Source of the DNA: Macrostomum lignano
Taxonomy: Eukaryota
Reading direction: 5' to 3'
DNA length: 64,000 nucleotides
Assembly: GCA_002269645.1 (NCBI GenBank)
Contig: NIVC01000882.1
Span: 248,001-312,000 of the forward strand
Part shown: piece after piece, positions 52,500 through 64,000 of the stretch
How the letters are laid out: every line of letters starts with the position of its first letter
How positions within the stretch are numbered: position 1 is the stretch's first letter
Program-made: the position numbers and the translations under genes
Notes under the pieces: generated by a model
Told to the model about the DNA's origin: nothing
Database searches by the model: none
Seen by the model: only the letters and a program-made list of their open reading frames with translations

Positions 52500-54568
52500 T
52501 TTTGGTACTTTTTAAATATAATATGAAATTTGGTATCAGAAATGCTATTGTAAAACGAGAGAAATTCAGACTTAACTAACGCAGTACGACTCGTACGAGA
52601 CTCAGAGCGCTATAAAAACCAAATTTTCGCTAAAAAAAGTTAACATGCCCTTAGTTTGAACTCTATAAATTGATTGATTTCGTTGGACTAATAACGGAAT
52701 AACAAATTAAGTAAAAATGTGGCTTAACCACTGCAAAACTTTTTAGTAAAGCAAGTTTTTAACTCTATTGTTTTAACCATCACTGTAATTTTCTCATCAA
52801 AATTTTAAAATTACCTGTTATCTGACAAGTTTTGTTCCACATCACACCGGCGCCGTCAATAAACAGATTTTGTGATAGCCGTAGAGCACTGCGCATTCTA
52901 AAGTGTCAACTCACTGATGATTGATGATCAATGCTACAGTTGATAATATCATGGACTTTATCCGTGGTTAATATACAGTCAAGGACCACTAGCATGCTAT
53001 AGTATATTAGTATGCTATATAGGGGTCCTTGTATATTTGTACAGTAATGCATACAGTAAGTATTTGGTATGTACATGTACTCGTAGCAGACAATACTATA
53101 TTTTAGGGACCAAAAGTAGTACACACGTTCATCAAGAAGGACCCAAAGTCTCAGTAGTACTCAAAGTCCGTAATGTTAACGCGTGTGATAATTTTTGTTG
53201 GGGCGTGCGCAAGCTTGCCAGTTGAGCCCAGCCCTGCAGCGTCTACTCAAAAGACATCCTAACAATATGGTGCATATGCGTACATTTACGAAATTACGAA
53301 CGAATTAGTTAGCCGGCTACACGTGTACCCTTAATTTAAAATATCCTATTACAACTGGAGCTCGTAATGCATTTTACAACTCCACCCAGTACAACACTTA
53401 CATGCATAATCCATGTCTGCATGCACCATCGACTTTTCTATGTAAAAAATTGAACGAGTTAATTTAGTCGGAAGTATGGAACTATACATCTACATGTAGC
53501 AAAGAAAAAGATCAATTGATAACTGTATAAGTTGACATTGAAATACGAAATCATTTGATTTATACTACACATGTACAGCTATATGCCTAACATATGCCTT
53601 CAAAAGCTCACAAATTAAAAAATTTTTCAATGACTTCTAGACTAGCTAGAACTTATATAGTTAGTATAGTAGAGTCCTTGAACATATTATCTTTGTTAGA
53701 TGAACTAGCGCGTCTTGTATAGTAATCAATGAATTTATTGTAAAAGTTCCCAATCGGTTCCCAGGAGCAAAATTGACGCTAGTAGCTATAAGATTTACAC
53801 GTATTTGATCAAAATATGCGATTGCAAGCTGAAGCGCATACATTATGCATACAGTACAAATTAAAATGCCCTGGTACATATGGGCAGCAAATATTCCTAA
53901 AAACTGAAAAGACAGGAGCCGCAGACTATCTTTAAATATATGATAAGCCCACTTTAATTAAGTTATTGTGTACATGGTGCCCAACAGGAACTGAACCATA
54001 GAAAGCATTGTTTCCAATAACACCCCCGAGGCTTATCATTATATCATACTATAAGAATCAAAGAAAGCATCGAAGTAGAAAACTGCATCTACTACTAAAT
54101 AAGTAGTTAGTTAGCATCTAGCGGGGAAGCCGAAAATGCGAAATTTGTTGAGTTTAATAAAGCTGAAACTACGAGCTAATTAACAGGATACGCTGACGCT
54201 GATGGGATGTCAGAATTGCGGATGAGGATGCCCAATCATTGGCATAAATTTCATAGCATTTGTATATGTATATACTCGTATGTATAGTCTAATCTTGATT
54301 GTTTATAAACATTTTTAGCACCGATTTGAATTGCTTATTTAATCCTTTCAACATTGCGCAAGTTTTAATTATTGATAAATTTAGAAGGCCGATTATTAAA
54401 AGTCGTTAAACAATTAATCGATTGGATATATTACACGCAGAAATTAGTTCTTCGTTAAAATTGAGCGATTTCAGATAAAAAATCCAGTTCTACATGTACA
54501 TTTGCACGCGTGTACAACTAGAGGACTTGGAAGTAGGGCTGATTTTCAGGATTTGCAACATCTACCAG

Positions 54569-57500
54569 TTAGCACCTCTCGGCGCCGATGTGCAAGCAGT
54601 CAAGGCTTGTGGCTGACTGGATGTCAGCCGTGGTTGCCTCTGTCTCGAATGTCCACGGCTGCTCTTCAGCCGAGGCGAACACTAAGTAGACAACACCGGC
54701 GAGCACCTGGGTGGCAGCGGCGCTGCTCAAGGCGACCTGCCATTCCAGCTTCACTCGCTCGCTGTTGCCGCTGCTCTGCACGATCAGGGATGCGATTACC
54801 GTTGACATCATGCCTGCGGGATGGGTGTGAGGCTGGGATTGTGAGGCTGAGATTGTGAGGCTGGGATTGTGAGGCTGGGATTGTGAGGCTGGGATTGTGA
54901 GGCTGGGATTGTGAGGCTGGGATTGTGAGGCTGGGATTGTGAGGCTGGGATTGTGAGGCTGGGATTGTGAAAATTTGATTGTAAGGAAAGGATTGTGAGG
55001 ATGGGATTGTGAGGCTGGGATTGTGAGAATGGGATTGTAAGGATAGGATTGTGAGGATGGGATTGTAAGGATGGGATTGTGAGGCTGGGATTGTAAGGAT
55101 AGGATTGTGAGGATGGGATTGTGAGGCTGGGATTGTGAGAATGGGATTGTAAGGATGGGATTGTGAGGCTGGGATTGTGAAGCTGGGATTGTGAGGCTGA
55201 GATTGTGAGGCTGGGATTGTGAGGCTGGGATTGTGAGGCTGAGATTGTGAGGCTGGGATTGTGAGGATGGGATTTTGAGGCTGGGATTGTGAGGCTGGGA
55301 TTGTGAGGCTGGGATTGTGAGGCTGGGATTGTGAGGATGGGATTGTAAGGAAAGATTGTGAGGATGGGATTGTGAGGATGGGATTGTGAGGATGGGATTG
55401 TGAGGATAGGATTGTGAGGATGGGCTTGTGAGGATGGGATTGTGAGGATAGGATTGTGAGGATGGGCTTGTGAGGATGGGATTGTAAGGAAAGATTGTGA
55501 GGATGGGATTGTGAGGCTGGGATTTTAAGGAAAGGATTGTGAGGATGGGATTGTGAGGATGGGATTGTGAGGATAGGATTGTGAGGATGGGCTTGTGAGG
55601 ATGGGATTGTAAGGAAAGATTGTGAGGATGGGATTGTAAGGAAAGATTGTGAGGATGGGATTGTGAGGATGGGATTGTGAGGCTGGGATTGTGAGGATGG
55701 GATTGTGAGGCTGGGATTGTGAGGCTGGGATTGTGAGGCTGGGATTGTGAGGCTGGGATTGTGAGGCTGGGATTGTAAGGAAAGGATTTTAAGGAAAGGA
55801 TTGTGAGGATGGGATTGTGAGGATGGGATTGTAAGGAAAGGATTTTAAGGAAAGGATTGTGAGGATGGGATTGTGAGGATGGGATTGTAAGGAAAGGATT
55901 TTAAGGAAAGGATTGTGAGGATGGGATTGTGAGGATGGGATTGTAAGGAAAGGATTTTAAGGAAAGGATTGTGAGGATGGGATTGTGAGGATGGGATTGT
56001 AAGGAAAGGATTTTAAGGAAAGGATTGTGAGGCTGGGATTGTGAGGCTGGGATTGTGAGGCTGGGATTGTGAGGCTGGGATTGTGAGGCTGGGCTTGTGA
56101 GGATGGGATTGTAAGGAAAGATTGTGAGGATGGGATTGTGAGGATGGGATTGTGAGGCTGGGATTGTGAGGCTGGGATTTTAAGGAAAGGATTGTGAGGA
56201 TGGGATTGTGAGGCTGGGCTTGTGAGGATGGGATTGTAAGGAAAGATTGTGAGGATGGGATTGTGAGGATGGGATTGTGAGGCTGGGATTGTGAGGCTGG
56301 GATTTTAAGGAAAGGATTGTGAGGATGGGATTGTGAGGATGGGCTTGTGAGGATGGGATTGTAAGGAAAGATTGTGAGGATGGGATTGTGAGGATGGGAT
56401 TGTGAGGATGGGATTGTAAGGAAAGATTGTGAGGATGGGATTGTGAGGATGGGATTGTGAAGATGAGATTGTGAAGATGGGATTATGAAGATATAGGTAT
56501 GTGGCGGTCTGAGCTAGGATAGAGACAGGATTCCAGTAGCGATAGAAAAGAAGCAAAGCAAAGAAGACAGACTGACTAAAATGAGAAGTTGCAAGATCAG
56601 CTTGTAGTGTGCGTACCTGCTGGTTATGCTGACTCCTAACCAATAATCTTGTTAAGGATCCCAATCAAGATGATTCATATCCTTGAGAACTATCTAAGTT
56701 CAACTTAGCTACCTGAGTTGCAATCCTACTGTCTCCATCTGCTCAGCAACTATACGTCCAATTCACAGCGGACACTCTGCAGATCTCCATTTCCGACCGA
56801 GTTCTCTGCAGCCAAAATCCTCAGGGAATAATCCCTGACCGGCTTGCTCGCCTATCGTCACCAGCGGGAGGGAGAAAATGCAATTTAGGCAAATCATTCG
56901 AATCGCCTGCCAGAAATTCCCCCAACCCTCGATATCTCCCTCTCTATAAAACCTTAATCCTTCAGTCTTTCGCGGCCCTCATTTGGGGCTGGGTGGGACG
57001 GAGGCTCTCCTTTGCTCTCCATCATTTCTAGAAGGCGTCCCTCGCAGCCCCTGTAAAGTCACCCCGGTCATCAACGCCAGAAAAAATGATGGCACCGCCA
57101 CTCCGTCAGCTGCAGCTGCGGCTGGAGGCGCGAGACCTTTGAACCAGAATAATGAGATGCGCCGATTGGGTGAACGGCGCCGCACGGATCAAATGTCGCT
57201 CTAGCTGTCACAAGATGAGAAGAAAGTATTCAGGTTCTTTGCACTTTTTTGGGGCTGATTTTAAGGTGGCAGCATAGCATCGTAACCTTCATGCTAGTCA
57301 GTGCTTGCTTAGGTTTTGCTTTGCATAAATCATTTTGACTGCTGAGTACTGATGAAGCGGAGAGACAGACTCAACCATAGAGGGAGTGGAGAGGCAGACT
57401 CAACCATAGAGGGAGTGGAGAGGCAGCTTCAACCATAGAGGGAGTGGAGAGGCAGACTCAACCATAGAGGGAGTGGAGAGGCAGCTTCAACCATAGAGGG

Positions 57501-59821
57501 AGTGGAGAGGCAGACTCAACCATAGAGGGAGTGGAGAGGCAGCTTCAACCATAGAGGGAGTGGAGAGGCAGACTCAACCATAGAGGGAGCGGAGAGGCAG
57601 ACTCAACCATAGAGGGAGTGGAGAGGCAGACTCAACCATAGAGGGAGTGGAGAGGCAGACTCAACCATAGAGGGAGTGGAGAGGCAGCTTCAACCATAGA
57701 GGGAGTGGAGAGGCAGCTTCAACCATAGAGGGAGTGGAGAGGCAGCTTCAACCCTGAGTGGAGAGGCAGCTTCAACCATAGAGGGAGTGGAGAGGCAGCT
57801 TCAACCATAGAGGGAGTGGAGAGGCAGCTTCAACCATAGAGGGAGTGGAGAGGCAGATTCAACCACAACGAGAGCAGATCAGCCAATCAGCGCTAAGTGA
57901 AAAGGATGAAATGGAGGGTGAAGGGTAGGTGAATGTTTATGGCGTAACAACATGGACGTTACACCAAAACAGACTCTCAGCTTCCAAAAATTACCCGTGA
58001 ACGTGCTAATACTGTTGGCGAATCCCATGACCAGGCCGGAGAAATTTGGCGCCAAGTCGATGACGTTAACAGCGTAGCCAGCGACCGCCAGGCCCGAGAA
58101 GCCTGCGAGTTGGTGAAGAGTTTTTCATTGCGTAAAGTTTGCTCCACTCCAATAATATTTTGCGCTCAATGCACAGATGCACAGTTAATAATTATAGTTA
58201 GCTACTGTAGTGTACGAGTATTTTTCTGTAAAAACGTGTCTCTAGCGAGATTTGAACAATTTGCGAATGCAGAGTCCGGGAATCGAGCCCGGGACCTCTG
58301 CTCCCGCTGCTCTGTCGATCAGGATCCCTCTGTCTTATCAAATGTTTTGTTTCAACACGCTCGTGCTTCAATCGTGCACTTTTAGCGTCCCTGCCGTCAA
58401 GCGAATACTGGCCGATGAATTGCAATGATTGCTGAGGCATTCATTGAGCACTGCAACTGTTGGAACTGCGGGAAAGGATCGGTTCGTATAGAGAGAGATG
58501 GTAAGCCTCACTATATACATATCAGCATTAAGACAGATGGAGTAGGGAGGCTGGGCAGCCAGAGGTCACGTCAGCCAGTGCCGGACGAGAGCCAGTTGAG
58601 ACGCACGGGAGCGTGACGTTCTGGCAGTGCTGAGAAGTAGCCCTCACGCTGTGCACGGCTGAAGCAGCCTGCAATTCCCGTCTGAGTTGAGAATATATTA
58701 TAGCCACAGCTTACTGCTGCCTCGCCTGCGAGTAACTTGGCCTGGCGGGAGTCCAATCCCGTCCAATTAGTGAGCATTTGACCTTTAATAGCTGGGAATA
58801 TACCGGTAATTGCGTGAATATTTCATGCCAGCTCCACTCGTAAAATAATGATAATGAGAATACTAATTGTGGGGCAACAAGGCCTTTTTAGCCAATAAGC
58901 GCTGGGACACCGGCGGTTTTTGAAGAATTGACGATATTTCTAATCGAAAGCAAACTGCTTCGGCGCCAAAATGAGTGCCTGTGGCGCCAAAATGAGTGCC
59001 TGTGGCGCCAAAATGAGTGCCTGCGGCGCTAAAATGAGTGCCTGCGGCGCCAAAATGAGTGCCTCCGGCGCTAAAATGAGTGCCTGCGGCGCTAAAATGA
59101 GTGCCTGCGGCGCTAAAATGAGTGCCTGCGGAGCCAAAATGAGTGCCTGCGGAGCCAAAATGAGTGCCTGCGGCGCCAAAATGAGTGCCTGCGGCGCTAA
59201 AATGAGTGCCTGTGGTGCCAAAATGAGTGCCTGCGGCGCCAAAATCTCCCCCCACCATGAAATCCATGGCGACCCTCCTGGTTGTAGGCAAACTTGCGAA
59301 TGCAAATAAATCAAGACTTCAACATTATCTTATTAGTACAGAGGTTTCTTCAGATCTCTATTTAATTAAAGGTTTTAAAGGTTGTGTGTGCAGCTGAAAG
59401 TAGGGAAATTTCCCCCCAATCAATTTTGACCCCAAACCTAATGGGGGGGAGGGGGCAGAGCAGCCCAGCGGTGAACGCGCCTGACTCTCGCGCCACTATC
59501 CTTGGTTCGATTCCGTGAGCAAACATTCATTTGGGGCTTGTGCACGAAAACTAGCGGGGATTGTCTTGCGATTCACAGCCATGAGGGCCCGCCCCGACGA
59601 TTAGAAAGTCTGGGCCGCTGTTTATGAGTGCGTGTGTGAGTATAAGTTTAGCTCACCCAGCGCCATGGACAGCAGCACGGTGGCCCAAATGGCATCGTTG
59701 GCGAAGCCCAAAGCCACGAAGAAGATCGCCTTCAAGCCGAAGCCCAGGCCGGCCAATAGTTTGCGAATTGTTGTCAATCTCAATTGGGTCCGCAGTTTCA
59801 GAAAGTCGGCAAGGCAACCGC
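54569..59821 (-). CDS. SLC17-family (sialin/VGLUT/NPT-like) MFS anion transporter, last three exons 59821-59657, 58102-57995, 54813-54569; 5' exons not found in window
   Basis: GGCLADFLKLRTQLRLTTIRKLLAGLGFG..., then GFSGLAVAGYAVNVIDLAPNFSGLVMGFANSISTFTG, then GMMSTVIASL...EWQVALSSAAATQVLAGVVYLVFASAEEQPW. These match the C-terminal helices of SLC17 members (LADFL...RK, NxxDxAP, EWQxVF, FAxGExQxW). All junctions are phase 1 GT-AG. Confidence 0.88.
54830..56490. repeat. Minisatellite, 13-14-bp unit GGGATTGTGAGG(CT/AT) (last SLC17 intron)
   Basis: About 1.65 kb array abutting the acceptor of the terminal exon. Confidence 0.97.
57365..57862. repeat. Minisatellite, 29-bp unit CAACCATAGAGGGAGTGGAGAGGCAG(ACT/CTT) (last SLC17 intron)
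   Basis: About 17 copies. Confidence 0.96.
58960..59245. repeat. Minisatellite, 21-bp unit GGCGCCAAAATGAGTGCCTGC (SLC17 intron)
   Basis: About 13 copies. Source of the MSACGAK and GTHFGAA ORFs. Confidence 0.96.
59458..59530 (+). mobile_element. tRNA-derived SINE head (degenerate)
   Basis: A-box-like AGCCCAGCGGTGAACGCG and B-box GGTTCGATTCC at tRNA-like spacing, but no complete cloverleaf. Lies in an SLC17 intron. Confidence 0.4.
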
Positions 59822-59924
59822 CTGGCAACAAAGTAGGTGATGAGACCGTAGTAAGTCTTTTATGTGATATTAAAAGCTACCATTATTATGAAAAGGGATG
59901 CTGAGTTCAGTAAATTCAGTCACC

Positions 59925-60510
59925 GTAGGAGCCTTGAGTGGGGAGACGCAGGGGAGTGAGGTTGCTGCAAATGTACAGCAATCAATAGAAACCTGGAGTG
60001 GGGAGATGCAGGGGTGTAAGGTTGCTGCAAATGTACAGCCATCAATAGAAACCTGGAGTGGGGAGAGGCAGGGGCGTGAGGTTGCTGCAAATGTACAGCA
60101 ATCAATAGAAACCTGGAGTGGTGAGAGGCAGGGGTGTAAGGTTGCTGCAAATGTACAGCCATCAAAAGAAACCTGGAGTGGGGAGAGGCTGGGGCGTGAG
60201 GTTGCTGCAAATGTACAGCCATCAAAAGAAACCTGGAGTGGGGAGAGGCTGAGGCGTGAGGTTGCTGCAAATGTACAGCCATCAAAAGAAACCTGGAGTG
60301 GGGAGAGGCTGGGGCGTGAGGTTGCTGCAAATGTACAGCCATCAAAAGAAACCTGGAGTGGGGAGAGGCTGGGGCGTGAGGTTGCTGCAAATGTACAGCC
60401 ATCAAAAGAAACCTGGAGTGGGGAGAGGCTGGGGCGTGAGGTTGCTGCAAATTGACAGCCATCAATAGAAGCCTAGAGTAGGGAGAGGCAAGGGGCGTGA
60501 GGTTGCTGCT
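59925..60510. repeat. Minisatellite, 60-bp unit (GAGGTTGCTGCAAATGTACAGCCATCAAAAGAAACCTGGAGTGGGGAGAGGCTGGGGCGT)
   Basis: About 10 copies in exact 60-bp register. Confidence 0.96.
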
Positions 60511-62204
60511 ATACTAAAAGTGATGTGTGTCAAGATTAAGATTATAAGCCGTGCAAAGTTATCGTTTGTATTTGACGGTTGAATCAGGAATCTTGAGCGC
60601 GTAGCTCTAGACGGGGTCTTGAGGGGAAGAAGGGCTGAAACCGAGAGGGGAGCTCTGCGAAAGAAAGAGTATAGTGCCATGGACTAACTAAACAGCAACA
60701 GAACGAAAGTTGAGCGAAGCTTAAGTCACATAGACAGAAAAACAATAATGCACTAACGCTATAGGCTGAGCTCTAATGCACAACAAAATGAATAGACTGA
60801 ATGAACCGAAATCAGACGAGTCTGTATCAGTGAGCCGCTGCAACCCGTGTGAATGTACGAATCTGTTAGCTTGTCAATAAATAATGCAGCAGTTTATGCA
60901 TAAATTATATATTATGAAAACCCACTGACACTCTAACGGACTGCCTCAGGCTGCTGCTGCCTGCCCCTCCCGCCTGTTCTGCGAGCGCGTGCGCGCAAGG
61001 GGCCTCCCCTCTGCGTCTTAATATATATATATATATATATGAATATATGAAAACCCCAGGGTGGGAGAGCTGGTAGTCGGAGTGTGGCGGGACAGATGGC
61101 GGATATTTAAAGGAGTCAAGTACGCGATCCTCTGATAGCTCCAGTCGAGTTGGCAAGAGGAATCCGGTTGGAGAAACAGGGCGCACAGAGTGAAAAAGCA
61201 TCTCCCTGTAATAAGTCCACTGAGCGGCACGGCATGTTCGCGCAGCCGGCTGCTCATTCATTCAGTTAGGTCCAGGCACCTCCAACGTTTATCCCGCCGG
61301 TGTCCGCAATGCATAATTCAGTCTCCCCCCCCTACCCAACGCAGCATCCTGGCATGGCCTGTCGCTCTGCATCTTAGTCGGCGCGGACGCAAAGAAGAGA
61401 CATCGGGGTAGAGAGAAAGGAAGGTAGGCAGAGAGAAACAGATGCTAGTGGAGAAAGAATGGCCAGAGTAAGCTAGCTCGGTCTTCTGGCACTCCTTTCT
61501 GGCGTGGCAGTTATCTAATCCCATTAGGTCCTTGGCAGTAAAATGGAGCCTGAGTACACAGAGTGCTTGGCTAATGCGAGCCTGGCTAGCTGTTTGAATG
61601 CCGAGCAACATGAGCTGGGAGTGTGTTCCCTTAATTCTTGCAAGGAATATATCCCGAAGCTTTGCTTACCTATGTATGAGCCATCGCACTCATGCAGAAT
61701 GGGCACTAACTAAGCTATAGGCCTAAAGTAAAGGCTTGGACTATAGCGATCTGCCCTTTGAAATGCGACACATTGTCAGTGTTTAGAAATCCATCCAGGC
61801 ATTTCTGCACGAGATCTAAAATATTATTTGCAGTTTGATGAGCCCCGCTAGTTGAATAACCGAATTTACTGATCTTATACATAAAAACAATTTTGCAATA
61901 TCGAATTGAGAGCATCACAGATTTTGATGCGAGAACTGATCTTAGCTGCTGTTTTGTCTATGAGACCAGTTGAGACTTATTCTGGGATAAGTCGGAGTCC
62001 CACAATAATATACATGTAGGGTAACAGATTGCGCTGAGACCACGAATGCTTCGCAATAATTTATAAACTATCATCTACATCCACGTTATATTGTTTAAAG
62101 AGGTTTCTGCAAGTTTACAGCCATCAATAGAAGCCTGGGTGGGTAGAAAAGAATTGAGATATCAAGCTAGAGCAAAGAGAACAGAGTTAATAGGGCACAA
62201 AGAG

Positions 62205-62910
62205 CAGCGACCAGAGCACAAAGCACAGAGACCAGAGCACAGAGACCAGAGCACAGAGACCAGAGCACAGAGACCAGAGCACAGAGACCAGAGCACAGAG
62301 ACCAGAGCACAGAGACCAGAACACAGAGACCAGAGCACAGAGACCAGAGCACAGAGACCAGAGCACAGAGACCAGAGCACAGAGACCAGAGCACAGAGAC
62401 CAGAGCACAGAGACCAGAGCACAGAGACCAGAGCACAGAGACCAGAGCACAGAGACCAGAGCACAGAGACCAGAGCACAGAGACCAGAGCACAGAGACCA
62501 GAGCACAGAGACCAGAGCACAGAGACCAGAGCACAGAGACCAGAGCACAGAGACCAAAGCACAGAGACCAAAGCACAGAGACCAGAGCACAGAGACCAGA
62601 GCACAGAGACCAGAGCACAGAGACCAGAGCACAGAGACCAGAGCACAGAGACCAGAGCACAGAGACCAGAGCACAGAGACCAGAGCACAGAGACCAGAGC
62701 ACAGAGACCAGAGCACAGAGACCAGAGCACAGAGACCAGAGCACAGAGACCAGAGCACAGAGACCAGAGCACAGAGACCAGAGCACAGAGACCAGAGCAC
62801 AGAGACCAGAGCACAGAGACCAGAGCACAGAGACCAGAGCACAGAGACCAGAGCACAGAGACCAGAGCACAGAGACCAGAGCACAGAGCACGGAGACCAG
62901 AGCACAGAGA
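62205..62910. repeat. Minisatellite, 14-bp unit AGAGACCAGAGCAC
   Basis: About 50 near-perfect copies. Source of the overlapping 250-345 aa ORFs. Confidence 0.97.
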
Positions 62911-64000
62911 AGAAGGACTATAACAGTGTGGCAGTCGCAGCATACGAACAAACCAAGCGGAATCAGAGTTGCTATTAGAGTGCAGAGGTTCAAAAGAACA
63001 TTGCGCAACCCAATTAGAGATGAGAAATAGGTCGAGCGAAGCCACCCAAAATTTCGCTGGAACTCCCCCCCCCACAAAGTCTGCGTAGCCGCATGCAATC
63101 AGTGCGGGTGGCTTGAAGCTATTTTGCATATCTGTTTCCGTCAACAAGGCCAGCAGCTTCAAAGCAGGGCTTCCCATCGTGCGGGCGCAAGTCGCAATAT
63201 CCATACTGGTCTTTTGTCTTCTTCCTGTTAATTTATTTTCCTCTGACCCCTCGCATGGTAGCTGGAATTCATAATCTTCTCCTGGACAGGAAAAGGACTG
63301 CGGAATCCCAAGCTTTGATTAGTGGCCAAGGATTTAAACAAACCCCAGCGCATGAACCCGTGGGCTTCTCACTGCGGGAGATGGCGGTACTGCAGGGAAG
63401 GGAGTGGCGATGGAACCGGGGTTATTAGACCCAGACATTTTGATTGGGAATGTTTTAATGCTCTTTTTGCAACAGAAATGACTGGAACAATGACAAAGTG
63501 CGCACACCCCGGTGCTCTTAGCAAGTGGTGCTCATGGGGAAAACTCTCAGCAATATTGTGAGCATAGCACACACACACAGACAGAGAAAGAACTCTAATT
63601 ACAAATACATAGGGAAAACATTGAAAGCACTTGGACTGCAAAGAGAATTGGGAAGGGAGTGGAGAGATAGCTAGAGAGAGAGAGAGAGAGCGCTGCGAGA
63701 GCAAGAAGCTTGAGCAACTGAAGCCACTCACAGAGACGAAAAAGTTGCCTGCATACACGACACGGCGCGGAGCAAAGAGTGAAGCTGAAGCTATGTAGAA
63801 GCTGAAAGAGTTGCAGCTTAAGCTACTATCAGGCCATGAGTGGAGTCGGTGTGTGAGTGCGTGAGTGCGGCCGCGACACGGTTTTGCCGGGGAGATGGAG
63901 GAGCGTGAGTGAAGGAGCAAGAGGTGGAGGCGCAGACAGGACTAATGGTGTTTAGCCGCGCTAGAAGCCTCAAGTGTAGCATCTGGAGTTCATTCTCTTT

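Noticed and set aside
58425-58616. CWNCGK as a gag zinc knuckle
   Set aside because: It lacks the downstream His and Cys of CX2CX4HX4C, and no other retroelement motif lies nearby.
58863-60468. Repeat-protein-like ORFs (GTHFGAA, MSACGAK, VAANVQPSKETWSGER)
   Set aside because: They coincide exactly with the 21-bp and 60-bp arrays, whose unit lengths are multiples of 3. They lie in or next to SLC17 introns and lack splice support.
62091-63204. Overlapping 247-345 aa ORFs on both strands
   Set aside because: All derive from the 14-bp AGAGACCAGAGCAC array.
61440-63240. Minus-strand peptide-like stretches (YSGHSF, PILHECDGSYIG, YGYCDLRPHDGKPCF) as upstream SLC17 exons or recombinase/FN3 fragments
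   Set aside because: None gives a convincing in-frame match to SLC17 or a complete family motif, and the frames are broken by stops.

Overview
Eukaryotic (metazoan) genomic DNA with GC-rich exons, AT-rich intergenic DNA and spliceosomal introns. The style resembles the free-living flatworm Macrostomum, which is an inference I cannot verify here. By hand-splicing I reconstruct four complete genes: glucosidase II beta/PRKCSH (+, 4 exons, ends HDEL), USP20/USP33-type deubiquitinase (+, 8 exons), MEPCE/Bin3 7SK capping methyltransferase (+, 2 exons) and flotillin-2 (-, 6 exons, 428 aa). Two genes are partial: the first coding exon of an AGFG1-type ArfGAP (-) and the last three exons of an SLC17 anion transporter (-). 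About 20 minisatellite arrays (14-60 bp units) occupy a large share of the window. 13 of 18 complete introns each carry their own array, often filling the intron almost edge to edge. Also present are hAT-type MITEs with intact TSDs, a nested MULE-derived element with a foldback insert, and a tRNA/CORE-type SINE. Best leads: the intron-private satellite architecture, a 5.3 kb GC-AG intron whose satellite carries many GT donor decoys, and a coding-like in-phase exon hidden in the MEPCE intron. Most long ORFs in the supplied track over the arrays are repeat artefacts. No rRNA, true tRNA or CRISPR array was found.
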